Source: an uncultured candidatus Brocadiaceae bacterium (GTDB lineage: Bacteria; Planctomycetota; Brocadiia; SM23-32). Taken from it: 64,000 nucleotides of DNA. Below the pieces are notes generated by a model. That model was not told the DNA's origin, ran no database searches, and was given only the letters and a program-made list of their open reading frames with translations. The translations under genes were made by a program, and so were the position numbers. Below, in pieces: positions 55,715-64,000 of this stretch. The DNA is taken from assembly GCA_964448935.1 (NCBI GenBank), contig CAYVBE010000001.1, forward strand, positions 9,422-73,421. The letters run 5' to 3'. Each line of letters opens with the position of its first letter. Position 1 is the stretch's first letter.

Positions 55715-56101
55715 GTGAAAAAGGCAGACCTTGAGGAATTCCGCAGGATGTTGGTCGAGCTGAAGCGCAAGCTCGCCAACAACATTGACTACCTGGAGAA
55801 AGGTGCGCTGAAGACCGGCGGGGAGAGCGGGGAGGACCTGTCGGAAGTGACGGCCGAGCACATGGCCGAGCGGGGGAGCGACAATTTCGCCCAGAGCCTC
55901 ATGGTGCGTATCCTCCAGGACTGCGACGCCGAGGTGTGCGACATCAACCGCGCCCTGCAGAGAATTGACGAGGGCACGTACGGCCGGTGCGAGAACTGCG
56001 ACGGGCAGATCGGGGAGAGGCGGCTGAAGGCCCTGCCGTTCGCCAGGTTGTGCATCGAGTGCAAACACGAGCAGGAGCGCCTGCCTGCGGCCGAGGAATA
56101 G
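55715..56101 (+). CDS. DksA/TraR-family C4 zinc-finger protein
   Basis: ...CDINRALQRIDEGTYGRCENCDGQIGERRLKALPFARLCIECKHEQE is the four-Cys zinc finger of DksA/TraR. GTG start. Confidence 0.8.
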   Translation: MKKADLEEFRRMLVELKRKLANNIDYLEKGALKTGGESGEDLSEVTAEHMAERGSDNFAQSLMVRILQDCDAEVCDINRALQRIDEGTYGRCENCDGQIGERRLKALPFARLCIECKHEQERLPAAEE

Positions 56102-56140
56102 GGCAGCCGTTCGCGCGGTTTCGGGCATTCTACCAACCAT

Positions 56141-56668
56141 TTGCAGGACATCGTTTTGGAGTCACCACTGAAGCTGTTTCATTCCGGGCGGAAGTTGTTC
56201 TGGCTGCTGGCAGGTTCTGCCGTGCTGGCGGACCAGTTGACGAAGCGGTGGCTCTACGAGAGGCCGGTGGAAGGGGCGGGGCACATCGTGCACAACCTGT
56301 ATCTGCTGCGCATTGTGCGGCACCCCGGAAACCCCGGCGGCGCGTTTGGCCTGCCCGGCGGGCCGGTTCTCTACGCGGCGGCTGCGGTGCTGGGGCTGGC
56401 CCTCATTACGTTTTTCTTCGTCAGCACGCCCGCGCACGAGTCCCGCATCCACGCCGGGCTGGGTCTGATGGCAGGCGGCGCCCTGGGCAATCTGGTGGAC
56501 CGTGTGACGCTGCGCGTGGTGCGGGACTTCATCGAGTTTCCGTTCCCCTGGCCGGCGTTCAACGTGGCGGACGCACTGATTTGCGCGGGTTTCGGGCTGG
56601 TGCTGTGGGACGTGCTGGTGGAGATATGGCCCGGGTTATCCGGGGAGGCCGTTGACGACCCGGAATGA
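56141..56668 (+). CDS. lspA: lipoprotein signal peptidase (signal peptidase II)
   Basis: ...GNLVDRV...DFIEF...FNVADALICAGFGLVLW conserved LspA boxes, with four TM segments. Confidence 0.88.
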   Translation: MQDIVLESPLKLFHSGRKLFWLLAGSAVLADQLTKRWLYERPVEGAGHIVHNLYLLRIVRHPGNPGGAFGLPGGPVLYAAAAVLGLALITFFFVSTPAHESRIHAGLGLMAGGALGNLVDRVTLRVVRDFIEFPFPWPAFNVADALICAGFGLVLWDVLVEIWPGLSGEAVDDPE

Positions 56669-56793
56669 CGTTTCTGCTTGCAACAGCGATGCTGGATGGT
56701 AGAATCCGTTTCAGCGGCAGGGCCGCCCGGCCGCCGCGCGTTTGGATGTGTTGATTTGCTGACTTTTTCTCCCGGCACGGAACCGGCGTTTTC

Positions 56794-58497
56794 ATGGCAC
56801 ATCTGATTGTCGAAAAAGGCGAGAATACCGGCGAGAAGATCCCGCTGTCGAAGCTGACGAATATTGGCCGCAGCAGCGATGCGGACCTGCAGTTGGACGA
56901 CCTGACCGTCTCGAAGCGGCACGCCCGCATCCTGCGGAACGAAAAGGCCCAGTATGTCGTGGAGGACATGGGCAGCAGCAACGGCACCTACCTGAACGGC
57001 GTCCAGGTCAAAACCAAGCCGCTCAAGGAAGGCGACCAGATTCAGGTGGGCAAGACCGTTCTGACCTTCCATCGTCCCGAGGAGGAGTCCGCCGCGATCC
57101 CCCGGACCAGCACGGAGACCATGCTGGACATCGAGCGGGGCGGCAAGGACAACTCGCAGGTAAGAAGTTCGGTGGACGTTGACCTGACCGAGCAGGACGC
57201 CGCCGCCATCGGCGAGAGCACCCTTGAGGACCTCAGCCGGACCAACTACCGGCTGCGCACGTTGCTGGAGATCGGCCAGTCCATCGGCACGGCCCTGGAC
57301 GAGGACGAGCTGCTCAACAAGATTCTGGACAGCCTGTTCGAGGTCTTCCCGGAGACGAACCGCGGCTTCATCATCCTGCGTGACCCGGAAACGGGCCGCC
57401 TGACGCCCCGTGCCTCGCGCGTGACCCGGGGGGAGGGGGCCGAGGAGACGCTGCAGATCAGTGAAACCATCCTGGAATACGTGCTGAAGCGCAAGAAGGG
57501 CGTGCTGATCGAGGACACGATGAGCGACGAGCGCCTGCCCACCAGCCAGAGCATCCTGGATTTTGAGATGCGCTCGGTCATGTGCGCTCCGCTGAAGTAC
57601 GAGGACGAGGTGCTGGGCTTCCTGCAGGTGGATACGGACCGCATCGCCACCAATTACGACGAAGAGGGGCTGACCCTGCTGGTCGGCATCGCCAACCAGG
57701 CGGCCCTGACGATAGCCAACGCCAGGCTGCACCGGCAGGTCATCCAGCGGGAACGCCTGGACAGGGACCTGCAGCACGCGCGGCGCATTCAGAACAGCTT
57801 CCTCCCGCAGGAGCCGCCGAAGGTGGAAGGCTACGCCTTCGAGGACCGCTACGCCACCGCGCTGGAGGTCGGGGGCGACTTCTATGACTTCGTCGAAACA
57901 CCGGCAGGGGACCTCCTGATCGTGGTGGGCGATGTCAGCGGCAAGGGCATCACGGCCGCCCTGATGATGGCCAAGATGGCCAGCAACGTCCGCTTCTTCG
58001 CGTCCACCGCCTCCGGGCCGGGCGAGCTCCTGGAGCGCCTCAACGAGGTGGCGCTCAGCTCCGAGACGGACATGTTCGTGACCGTTCTGGTCATGTATCT
58101 GAACCCGGCGGAGCACACGATCCGCATGTCCAACGCCGGACATTGCTATCCGGTGGTGCGCAAGCAGGACGGCGACGTCCAGCGCATCGAAGGCGCCAAC
58201 GGTTTCCCCGTGGCCATCACGATGGAGGCGGAGTTCCCGGAGATAACGTTCGAGGTGGATCCCGGCGACGTGCTCTGCCTGTTCACCGACGGCATCATCG
58301 AGGCGATGGACGAGAGCAAGAACCAGTTCGGCTATGACAAGCTCAATGACTGCCTCCGGAACGCCGAGGCGTTGCCGGAGGACGTGGTCAAGCACATCCA
58401 GCGCGGCATCCGCGACCACACCGGAATGGCGCCCCAGAGCGACGACCTGACGCTGGTCTGCTTCGGCCGCACGAACGAGGTGGATTCGGGGGAGTGA
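56794..58497 (+). CDS. FHA-GAF-PP2C (SpoIIE/RsbU-like) serine/threonine phosphatase
   Basis: N-terminal FHA (NIGRSSDADLQLDDLTVSKRHARI...SSNGTYLNG), a central GAF-like region, and C-terminal PPM motifs (GGDFYDF...VVGDVSGKGITAAL...DGIIEA). Confidence 0.85.
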   Translation: MAHLIVEKGENTGEKIPLSKLTNIGRSSDADLQLDDLTVSKRHARILRNEKAQYVVEDMGSSNGTYLNGVQVKTKPLKEGDQIQVGKTVLTFHRPEEESAAIPRTSTETMLDIERGGKDNSQVRSSVDVDLTEQDAAAIGESTLEDLSRTNYRLRTLLEIGQSIGTALDEDELLNKILDSLFEVFPETNRGFIILRDPETGRLTPRASRVTRGEGAEETLQISETILEYVLKRKKGVLIEDTMSDERLPTSQSILDFEMRSVMCAPLKYEDEVLGFLQVDTDRIATNYDEEGLTLLVGIANQAALTIANARLHRQVIQRERLDRDLQHARRIQNSFLPQEPPKVEGYAFEDRYATALEVGGDFYDFVETPAGDLLIVVGDVSGKGITAALMMAKMASNVRFFASTASGPGELLERLNEVALSSETDMFVTVLVMYLNPAEHTIRMSNAGHCYPVVRKQDGDVQRIEGANGFPVAITMEAEFPEITFEVDPGDVLCLFTDGIIEAMDESKNQFGYDKLNDCLRNAEALPEDVVKHIQRGIRDHTGMAPQSDDLTLVCFGRTNEVDSGE

Positions 58498-58509
58498 GGA
58501 CCCCGCGTC

Positions 58510-59145
58510 TTACGCGTGCGAGGGCGGCAGCACGCGCACCTTGCGGTCCGCCACCTCCAGCCGCTCCTCGGCGAACAGGTTGATGGCCTCGGGGTAGGCT
58601 TCCTTTTCCTTCTCGAACACACGGTCTGCCAGCGTGTGCTCGTCGTCCCCCTCTTCCACCGGCACCGCTTTCTGCACGATGACGGGGCCGTGGTCGTAGC
58701 GGTTGTCGGCGAAGTGCACCGTGCAGCCGCTGACCTTGCAGCCGTATTCCAGCACGGCGCGGTGCACGCGGTCGCCGTAATACCCCTTGCCCCCGAAGGA
58801 GGGCAGCAGGGCGGGGTGGATGTTCATGACCCGGCCGATGTAGCGGTCCGGAATGCGGTAGAGGAACAGGAAGCCGGCCATGGCCACCAGGTCCACGTCG
58901 GCGGAGTCGAGTTCGTCCGTGATGGCGGCGCTGAACTCCTCGGTGCCGTCAAAATCGTCGGGCCGCACCACGGCCGAGTCCACGTTGTGTTTGCGGGCGC
59001 GCAGTAGGCCGTAGGCATCGGGGTCGCTGGAGATCACTTTCACCACGGTGGCCTTGAGCCGGCCGGCTTCGGAGAGGTCCAGGAAGTTCTGCAAGGTGCG
59101 GCCGCCGCCGCTTATCAGCACGCCGAGTCTGACGGGTTCGGTCAT
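58510..59145 (-). CDS. purN: phosphoribosylglycinamide formyltransferase
   Basis: VRLGVLISGGGRTLQNF..., ...NIHPALLPSFGGKGYYGDRVH...SGCTVHFAD is the formyltransferase core. Start is the ATG at 59145, preceded by GGGAG. Confidence 0.88.
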   Translation of the reverse strand: MTEPVRLGVLISGGGRTLQNFLDLSEAGRLKATVVKVISSDPDAYGLLRARKHNVDSAVVRPDDFDGTEEFSAAITDELDSADVDLVAMAGFLFLYRIPDRYIGRVMNIHPALLPSFGGKGYYGDRVHRAVLEYGCKVSGCTVHFADNRYDHGPVIVQKAVPVEEGDDEHTLADRVFEKEKEAYPEAINLFAEERLEVADRKVRVLPPSHA

Positions 59146-59319
59146 TACGTGGCTCCCATCGAGGTTCTTTTTCCGAATGATAATCTGGCCGGAGCGGGCC
59201 CTTTTGTCAAACGGAACGCGCCCGGCCCCGGCAATCGCGGCTTGCATTGAGCGCGGTTTCGCGTACAGTGATGTGACTGCACCGCGCAACAGGCGCCCTA
59301 CGGACGCGGAGGATAATCC

Positions 59320-61491
59320 ATGCAATTGATCGCAGACGCTGCCGCCACACTGGGTGGGCGGTTCAACCTGCTCTTTCACCCGCACGCGCGGGCTCTCTAC
59401 CAGCACGCGTTCGGTCCGTTTCCGGGCAAGGCCCTGGAGCTGACCGTGGGCGTAAAGGGGGGCGACGGCACCGTGTGGGCGTTGCCGTTCTGCCCGGAGG
59501 CACAGGATTTCCCCTACGTCGAGCAGTTCGCCACGCTGACTTCCATCCGCTACCGCGCGGTCCATCCCGGGATCGGCGTGGAGCTGACCATGGAGGTCCG
59601 CGCGCCGTTCTACCCGCGCGACGTGCGCCTGTCCACCGCGCCTTTGTACTATGTGGACATCGGGGTCAAGAGGCTGGAGGCGTTCCGCCATGTACAGCCG
59701 GAGTCGCCGCTGAAGCGTGGGGAGATCGTCTTCGAGCTTGCCGGCGAAGGGGTGGAGTTCGACCGCACGGAGGGAGGGTTCCGTTACTGTTTCACGGACG
59801 CTTCGGAGAGCCCTTCGGATGCGGAACCGCTGGAGGTCGAACTGAACTCATGGGTGGAATCCGAGGAGGCGGAGCCGTTCGGCGACGCCGGGCTGCGCAG
59901 GAAGTTCGACCTCGAGGTCAACGGCGGTGCCCGGATGCGGCTGATCTGGTCGAGCTGGGTGGAGGAGCCGGTCCTGCGCGTTTTCGACGAGCCGACGACG
60001 TTGAGATACCTGGAGAGCTTCGACTCCCGCGAAGAACTGGTAGCGTGGGCACGGGAGGAGCGGGATTCGATCCTGCAGAGGTGCGGCTTTCTGGACAGTG
60101 TGTTCCGGAGCTGGAGCTTCGGCACGGCCGCCTCGGACCTGAGCGCGCTGGCGCTGCACTCCTTCCTGGCCAACACGTGGTGGACGCGCCGGAAGGACGG
60201 CTCCGATTGGTTCAGCGTCTGGGAAGGGCGGTGCTATTTCCATTCCACCGTGGACGTGGAGTACAACGACGCGCTGATCTACTTCGCCCTCTGGCCCGAG
60301 CTTCTGGAGATGCTGCTGGACGAGTGGGTCGAGTTCGAGAAGGACGGGGCGGATGTGCTGGGTGCCGATGGGAAGGGGACGGCCTTCCTGTGTCACGACA
60401 TGGGCGTGGGCCACGTGGTCGGCCGGCAGGGCTACCACCATCACATGCCCGTCGAGGAGAGCGTGAACTACCTGCTGCTGCTGGCCGCCTGGACGGCCTT
60501 CACGGGCGAGGCCAAGAAGGCGGCGCAGAAACTGCCGTTCTGCCGACGCCTGGGGGAGTTCCTGGTCAAGTCCGACACCACCGGCAACGGGGTGCCCGAT
60601 GCCGGAACGGCCAACACCATTGACGACGCCAGCCCGGCCGTGCAGTACGGCCGCGAGCAGGTTTACCTGGCGGTCAAGACGCAGGCCGCGCTCTGGGCGC
60701 TGGCCGAACTGGAGGAGAAGTGCGGGGAGAAGGAGTCACGCGCCGAGCGCTGGCGGGCCTTCGCTTCCAAGAGCATCAAGACGATTGACCAACAGGCGTG
60801 GCTGGAGGACCATTACGCCGTCACGCTTACCCGCACCACGGAGGGGCTGGAAGACCCCTGGACCGGCGAGGCCCTGGAGGCCGGAGATCTGTCCGGCTGG
60901 GACGATCACACCATCTACACCGCCAACGGGCTGCTCTACCTCTTCCTGGCCGGCGTGCGGATGCCCCGCTGGCGGTTGGGGCGGATGGCCCGCGACCTGG
61001 AGAACGCCACCCGCGCCACCATGACCGCCTACGGCTGCCGACACTCCAGCACCGGCGACCGCATCGTGTGGTTCTCCCAGAACATGTGGCGGGACTACGT
61101 CGCCGCCTACCTGCAGATTGACATGCTCAGCAACGTGGAGCGCTACTGGGACTACCAGCTCACCACCGGCGGGCAGGAGAGCGGCTCGCTGTACTACGAC
61201 ACCACCGAGCAGAATTACCTGGCCTACTATCCCAGAGGGGCCACGGTGTTCGGCATGGCGCTCTGCGCGGCGGGGATGAGCCTGGACCGGCTGGAGGGCC
61301 AGCTGACCCTGAAACCCTTGCGGCCCACGCTGCGGGTGCCCCTGCTGCCCCTGGCCGATTGGCGGCAGATGCGCGTGCCCGTGCTGACCGTCAAGACGCG
61401 CCAGGGCGCCACCAGCGCGCGGATTTCGGAGCAGGACCTCCTGGGCGACCTGACCGTCACCGTGGTGGGACCGGAGCTCGAGCCGGAGTGA
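59320..61491 (+). CDS. glycoside hydrolase family 52-like protein (putative beta-xylosidase, cytoplasmic)
   Basis: 723 aa with no signal peptide. Segments FLCHDMGVGHV, EGRCYFHSTVDVEYNDALIYFALWPE, NGVPDAGTANTID...VYLAVKTQAALWALAEL and C-terminal YYPRGATVFGM align with my recollection of GH52 XynB2-type beta-xylosidases. The family assignment is from memory and not a database hit. Confidence 0.5.
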   Translation: MQLIADAAATLGGRFNLLFHPHARALYQHAFGPFPGKALELTVGVKGGDGTVWALPFCPEAQDFPYVEQFATLTSIRYRAVHPGIGVELTMEVRAPFYPRDVRLSTAPLYYVDIGVKRLEAFRHVQPESPLKRGEIVFELAGEGVEFDRTEGGFRYCFTDASESPSDAEPLEVELNSWVESEEAEPFGDAGLRRKFDLEVNGGARMRLIWSSWVEEPVLRVFDEPTTLRYLESFDSREELVAWAREERDSILQRCGFLDSVFRSWSFGTAASDLSALALHSFLANTWWTRRKDGSDWFSVWEGRCYFHSTVDVEYNDALIYFALWPELLEMLLDEWVEFEKDGADVLGADGKGTAFLCHDMGVGHVVGRQGYHHHMPVEESVNYLLLLAAWTAFTGEAKKAAQKLPFCRRLGEFLVKSDTTGNGVPDAGTANTIDDASPAVQYGREQVYLAVKTQAALWALAELEEKCGEKESRAERWRAFASKSIKTIDQQAWLEDHYAVTLTRTTEGLEDPWTGEALEAGDLSGWDDHTIYTANGLLYLFLAGVRMPRWRLGRMARDLENATRATMTAYGCRHSSTGDRIVWFSQNMWRDYVAAYLQIDMLSNVERYWDYQLTTGGQESGSLYYDTTEQNYLAYYPRGATVFGMALCAAGMSLDRLEGQLTLKPLRPTLRVPLLPLADWRQMRVPVLTVKTRQGATSARISEQDLLGDLTVTVVGPELEPE

Positions 61492-61493
61492 TC

Positions 61494-62747
61494 TCAATAG
61501 TCCCGGCTGAAGACGTGGGCGAAGACGCGGGCGTCTCCCAGCATATCGCTTACCGAGCAGCTTTCGTTGGCCTGGTGCTCGGTGCCGTTTGAGGTCATCC
61601 AGCAGGCCGCCTGCAGGCCGTGGCGGCGGAAGAGGGAGGCCACCGTCATGCCGCCTATGCCGGCTGTCTCAGGCTCGACGCCAAGGGCTTCGCGGAGGGC
61701 GGCTTCCAACAGGCCGACCACGGGGGCGTCGGTGGGCGTGGCGTCCGGGGCGTCCATCCGGGTTCTAACCCTCACCTCCGTCCGTGTTCCCATCTGCTCG
61801 TCAATCGCGCGGCACTCCCCACGCATGGACTCCAGCACCTCGTCCAGGTCGTAGTGTGGCAATACGCGGCAGTCCAGGCAGAACAGGTCCTCGCCGGGAA
61901 TCGTGTTGACGTTCGGCACGTTGGCCGCGTGCAGCGTTGGCTCAAAGGTGGAGCGCGGCGGGCGGAAGACCTCGTCGGCCGCGTCGAAGCGGCCCGGCAG
62001 CGCCTCGTCCAGCCGGCAGACCAGGCGGGAGGCCGTGCGGAAGGTGTTCACGCCGCGCTGCGGCGCCGAGCCGTGGGCCTGCTTGCCGTGCACGTTGATC
62101 TCGACCCAGAGCACGGACTTCTCGGCCACCTCGATCATCGAGCCGTCCTCGTTACCCGCGTCCGGCACGATGTGGATGTCTTTGGGCGAGAACAGGTCGC
62201 CGTGCTCCGTCAGGACGTATTCGAGGCCCAGTTCGCTGCCGGTTTCCTCGTCGGACACGAAGAGGAGCCGGACCGGATGGGGAGGGGAGATGTCGTTCTC
62301 GACCAGCGCGCGGGCGGCGAAGACCGAGCTGACGATGCTCTGCTGGTTGTCCGTGACACCGCGGCCGTAGATCGTGTCGCCTTCGCGCCGGAGCCGGAAG
62401 GGATCCGAATCCCAGCCTTTCCAGGACCCATCTCCCCTCTGCTCGCCGGGCGGCACCACGTCCAGGTGTGTCAGCACCCAGGTGCAGGGCGCCTCTCGGC
62501 GGCCGGGCACGGTGGCGATGAAGTTAGGCCGCGTGCCCTCGGGCGTGCGCTCATCCGGGGAGTCGCAGTGCCGGATGTCCGTGATCCCGCAGTCGGCCAG
62601 GTAGCCCTCGAGGAACCGCGCCTTCTCCCACTCGCCGGGTCCCCCGTTCGTGGGACCGATGGCCGGGCGGCGGGTCAGCTCGGCCTGCAGGTTGATCATC
62701 TGGTCGCTGCGGCTTTTCAGCCAGTTGCTGAGCGCGGAGAAGTTCAT
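61494..62747 (-). CDS. M20-family metallohydrolase (ArgE/DapE/ACY1-type)
   Basis: ...NFIATVPG...WVLTHLDVVPPG..., GRGVTDNQQS, ...LLFVSDEETGSELG..., with a dimerisation-domain insert. Confidence 0.8.
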   Translation of the reverse strand: MNFSALSNWLKSRSDQMINLQAELTRRPAIGPTNGGPGEWEKARFLEGYLADCGITDIRHCDSPDERTPEGTRPNFIATVPGRREAPCTWVLTHLDVVPPGEQRGDGSWKGWDSDPFRLRREGDTIYGRGVTDNQQSIVSSVFAARALVENDISPPHPVRLLFVSDEETGSELGLEYVLTEHGDLFSPKDIHIVPDAGNEDGSMIEVAEKSVLWVEINVHGKQAHGSAPQRGVNTFRTASRLVCRLDEALPGRFDAADEVFRPPRSTFEPTLHAANVPNVNTIPGEDLFCLDCRVLPHYDLDEVLESMRGECRAIDEQMGTRTEVRVRTRMDAPDATPTDAPVVGLLEAALREALGVEPETAGIGGMTVASLFRRHGLQAACWMTSNGTEHQANESCSVSDMLGDARVFAHVFSRDY

Positions 62748-62754
62748 CGCGGCC

Positions 62755-63579
62755 TCACACCCCGCTGAAGGCGCTGAATCCGCCGTCCACGGGCACCACG
62801 ATGCCGTTTACGAACCCCGAGGAGTCGCTGACCAGCCAGAGCAACGTGCCGACCAGGTCCTCCGGGTCGCCGAACCTGCCGGCCGGCGTGTGGTCCACGA
62901 TGGTGCTGCCCCTGGGGGTGAGTTCGCCGGTGTCGCGGTCCGTCAGCAGGTAGCGGTTCTGCTCGGTCAAAAAGAAGCCGGGAGCGATGGCGTTCACGCG
63001 GAAGCCCTCGCCGTAGTTCAGATTCATATGCACGGCCAGCCACTGGGTGAAATTGCTCACCGCGCTCTTGGCCGCGCCGTAGGCCGGCACCTTGGTGAGC
63101 GGGCGCAAGGCGGTCATGCTGGAGATGTTGATGATGTGCCCCTCGCCGCGTTCGGCCATCCGCCGGCCGAAGACCTGGGAGCAGAGAAAGGTGCCGAGGA
63201 AGTTGAGGTTGAACACCCACTGCACGGCGTCCTCGGGCAGGTCGAAGAAGGACTGTTCGTCGGAGGTGGTAGCCTGTGCTTTGTTGCCGCCCGCGCCGTT
63301 GACCAACACGTCCACCGGCCCCAGTTCGGCCTCGATCTTCTCGGCGGCGTCGCCGATTTGCTCTTTGTCCAGCACGTTGCAGACGACGGCGAGTGCGCGA
63401 CCCCCTTCCTGCCGTATGTCCTCCGCCACGGTCTCCGCGGCGTCTTCCGCCACGTCCAGCACCGCCACCGAGGCCCCCCGTGCGCCGAGCGCCCGTGCCA
63501 TCGCGCCGCACAGCACGCCGCCGCCTCCGGTCAGGGTCACCACCAGGCCTTCCAGATCTACGTCCAGTTCTTGCGCCAT
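62755..63579 (-). CDS. short-chain dehydrogenase/reductase (SDR)
   Basis: TLTGGGGVLCGAMARAL (Rossmann), NGAGGN, catalytic S...YGAAK. Start is the ATG at 63579, 6 nt after the upstream stop. Confidence 0.85.
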   Translation of the reverse strand: MAQELDVDLEGLVVTLTGGGGVLCGAMARALGARGASVAVLDVAEDAAETVAEDIRQEGGRALAVVCNVLDKEQIGDAAEKIEAELGPVDVLVNGAGGNKAQATTSDEQSFFDLPEDAVQWVFNLNFLGTFLCSQVFGRRMAERGEGHIINISSMTALRPLTKVPAYGAAKSAVSNFTQWLAVHMNLNYGEGFRVNAIAPGFFLTEQNRYLLTDRDTGELTPRGSTIVDHTPAGRFGDPEDLVGTLLWLVSDSSGFVNGIVVPVDGGFSAFSGV

Positions 63580-63584
63580 CTGTC

Positions 63585-64000
63585 TCACTCCGTGTCCGTT
63601 GATTGCACGTATCTTGAGAGTATATTCCGCCACTTGTCCTGTGCCTTCAGGATGAACTCCGCCAGCTCGCGCACCGCGCCGCTTCCGCCGGCCGTGTCGG
63701 TGACCATGTGGGCGACATCGAACACTTCCTCGGATGCGCCCGGCACGGTCGCCGCCAGCCGCACGCGGGCCATCACGGGTATATCGGTCAGGTCGTCGCC
63801 GATGTAGGCCACGCCGGCGTCCTCCAGCCCGGTGCGCTCCAGGATGTCGGCGTAGGCGTCCAGCTTGACCTTGGCGCCCTGTATCACGTGTTCGATCCCC
63901 AGGGACGCGGCCCGCGCGCGGACGCCCGGCATGTCCCGACCGGTGATGATGGCGGTGCGGAGGCCGGCGCGGTGGAGGTATTTGATGCCGGTGCCGTCGT
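63585..64000 (-). CDS. kdsC: KdsC-like HAD phosphatase (3-deoxy-D-manno-octulosonate-8-phosphate phosphatase family), 5' end beyond window
   Basis: ...AYIGDDLTDIPVMARVRLAATVPGASEEV...RELAEFILKAQ is the HAD motif III region. The frame stays open to the window edge (…LHRAGLRTAIITGRDMPGV…). Confidence 0.7.
   Translation of the reverse strand, partial: DGTGIKYLHRAGLRTAIITGRDMPGVRARAASLGIEHVIQGAKVKLDAYADILERTGLEDAGVAYIGDDLTDIPVMARVRLAATVPGASEEVFDVAHMVTDTAGGSGAVRELAEFILKAQDKWRNILSRYVQSTDTE

Noticed and set aside
56371-58419. 682-aa minus-strand ORF opposite the FHA-GAF-PP2C gene
   Set aside because: No recognisable motifs. The plus-strand frame has clear FHA and PPM signatures. This is a high-GC stop-codon-depletion artefact.
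1-64000. CRISPR arrays, rRNA, tRNA genes, integrases/transposases
   Set aside because: No direct-repeat/spacer periodicity, no rRNA/tRNA consensus elements, and no recombinase-like ORFs were seen on either strand. The only mobile-element signature is the MITE-like unit at 43696-43949.

Overview
This 64-kb window is high-GC bacterial chromosome (about 68-73% GC in housekeeping stretches) carrying PVC/Planctomycetota-like gene families, and it is densely coding on both strands.

Genes left to right:
- The str operon (rpoC 3' end, rpsL, rpsG, fusA).
- A RACo-like [2Fe-2S]-ferredoxin/ASKHA ATPase where tuf would be expected.
- frr-pyrH-tsf-rpsB on the minus strand.
- A 13.4-kb translationally coupled operon of MoxR AAA+ ATPase, DUF58, BatA-type vWA protein, a 1062-aa membrane protein, a 1539-aa membrane protein with a roughly 1000-aa coiled coil, and a periplasmic prenyltransferase/terpene-cyclase-repeat protein.
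- An accessory-looking segment with a CooC-like ATPase, a cytoplasmic sulfatase, a HigB/HigA-type toxin-antitoxin pair, a Gfo/Idh/MocA oxidoreductase, a 75%-identical paralog of the terpene-cyclase-repeat protein, a xylose-isomerase-like TIM barrel and an aldo/keto reductase.
- The pdhABC operon (minus strand) and a secreted GH10 xylanase.
- A 1,924-aa lower-GC secreted multidomain protein co-transcribed with a GspC-like PDZ protein.
- A 900-bp non-coding gap containing a MITE-like element (23-bp perfect terminal inverted repeats, CTAA target-site duplication).
- A complete type II secretion gene set (gspL-M-K-D-E-F-G-H-I-J, minus strand) facing that gap.
- A secreted hypothetical protein, a DksA/TraR-like zinc finger, lspA, an FHA-GAF-PP2C phosphatase, purN, a GH52-like hydrolase, an M20 peptidase, an SDR and a partial kdsC.

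Most worth follow-up: the giant protease-like protein coupled to GspC and the T2SS; the MoxR/vWA/giant-coiled-coil envelope operon; the MITE; and the paralog-bracketed segment.

Many long antisense ORFs in the six-frame track are high-GC artefacts.
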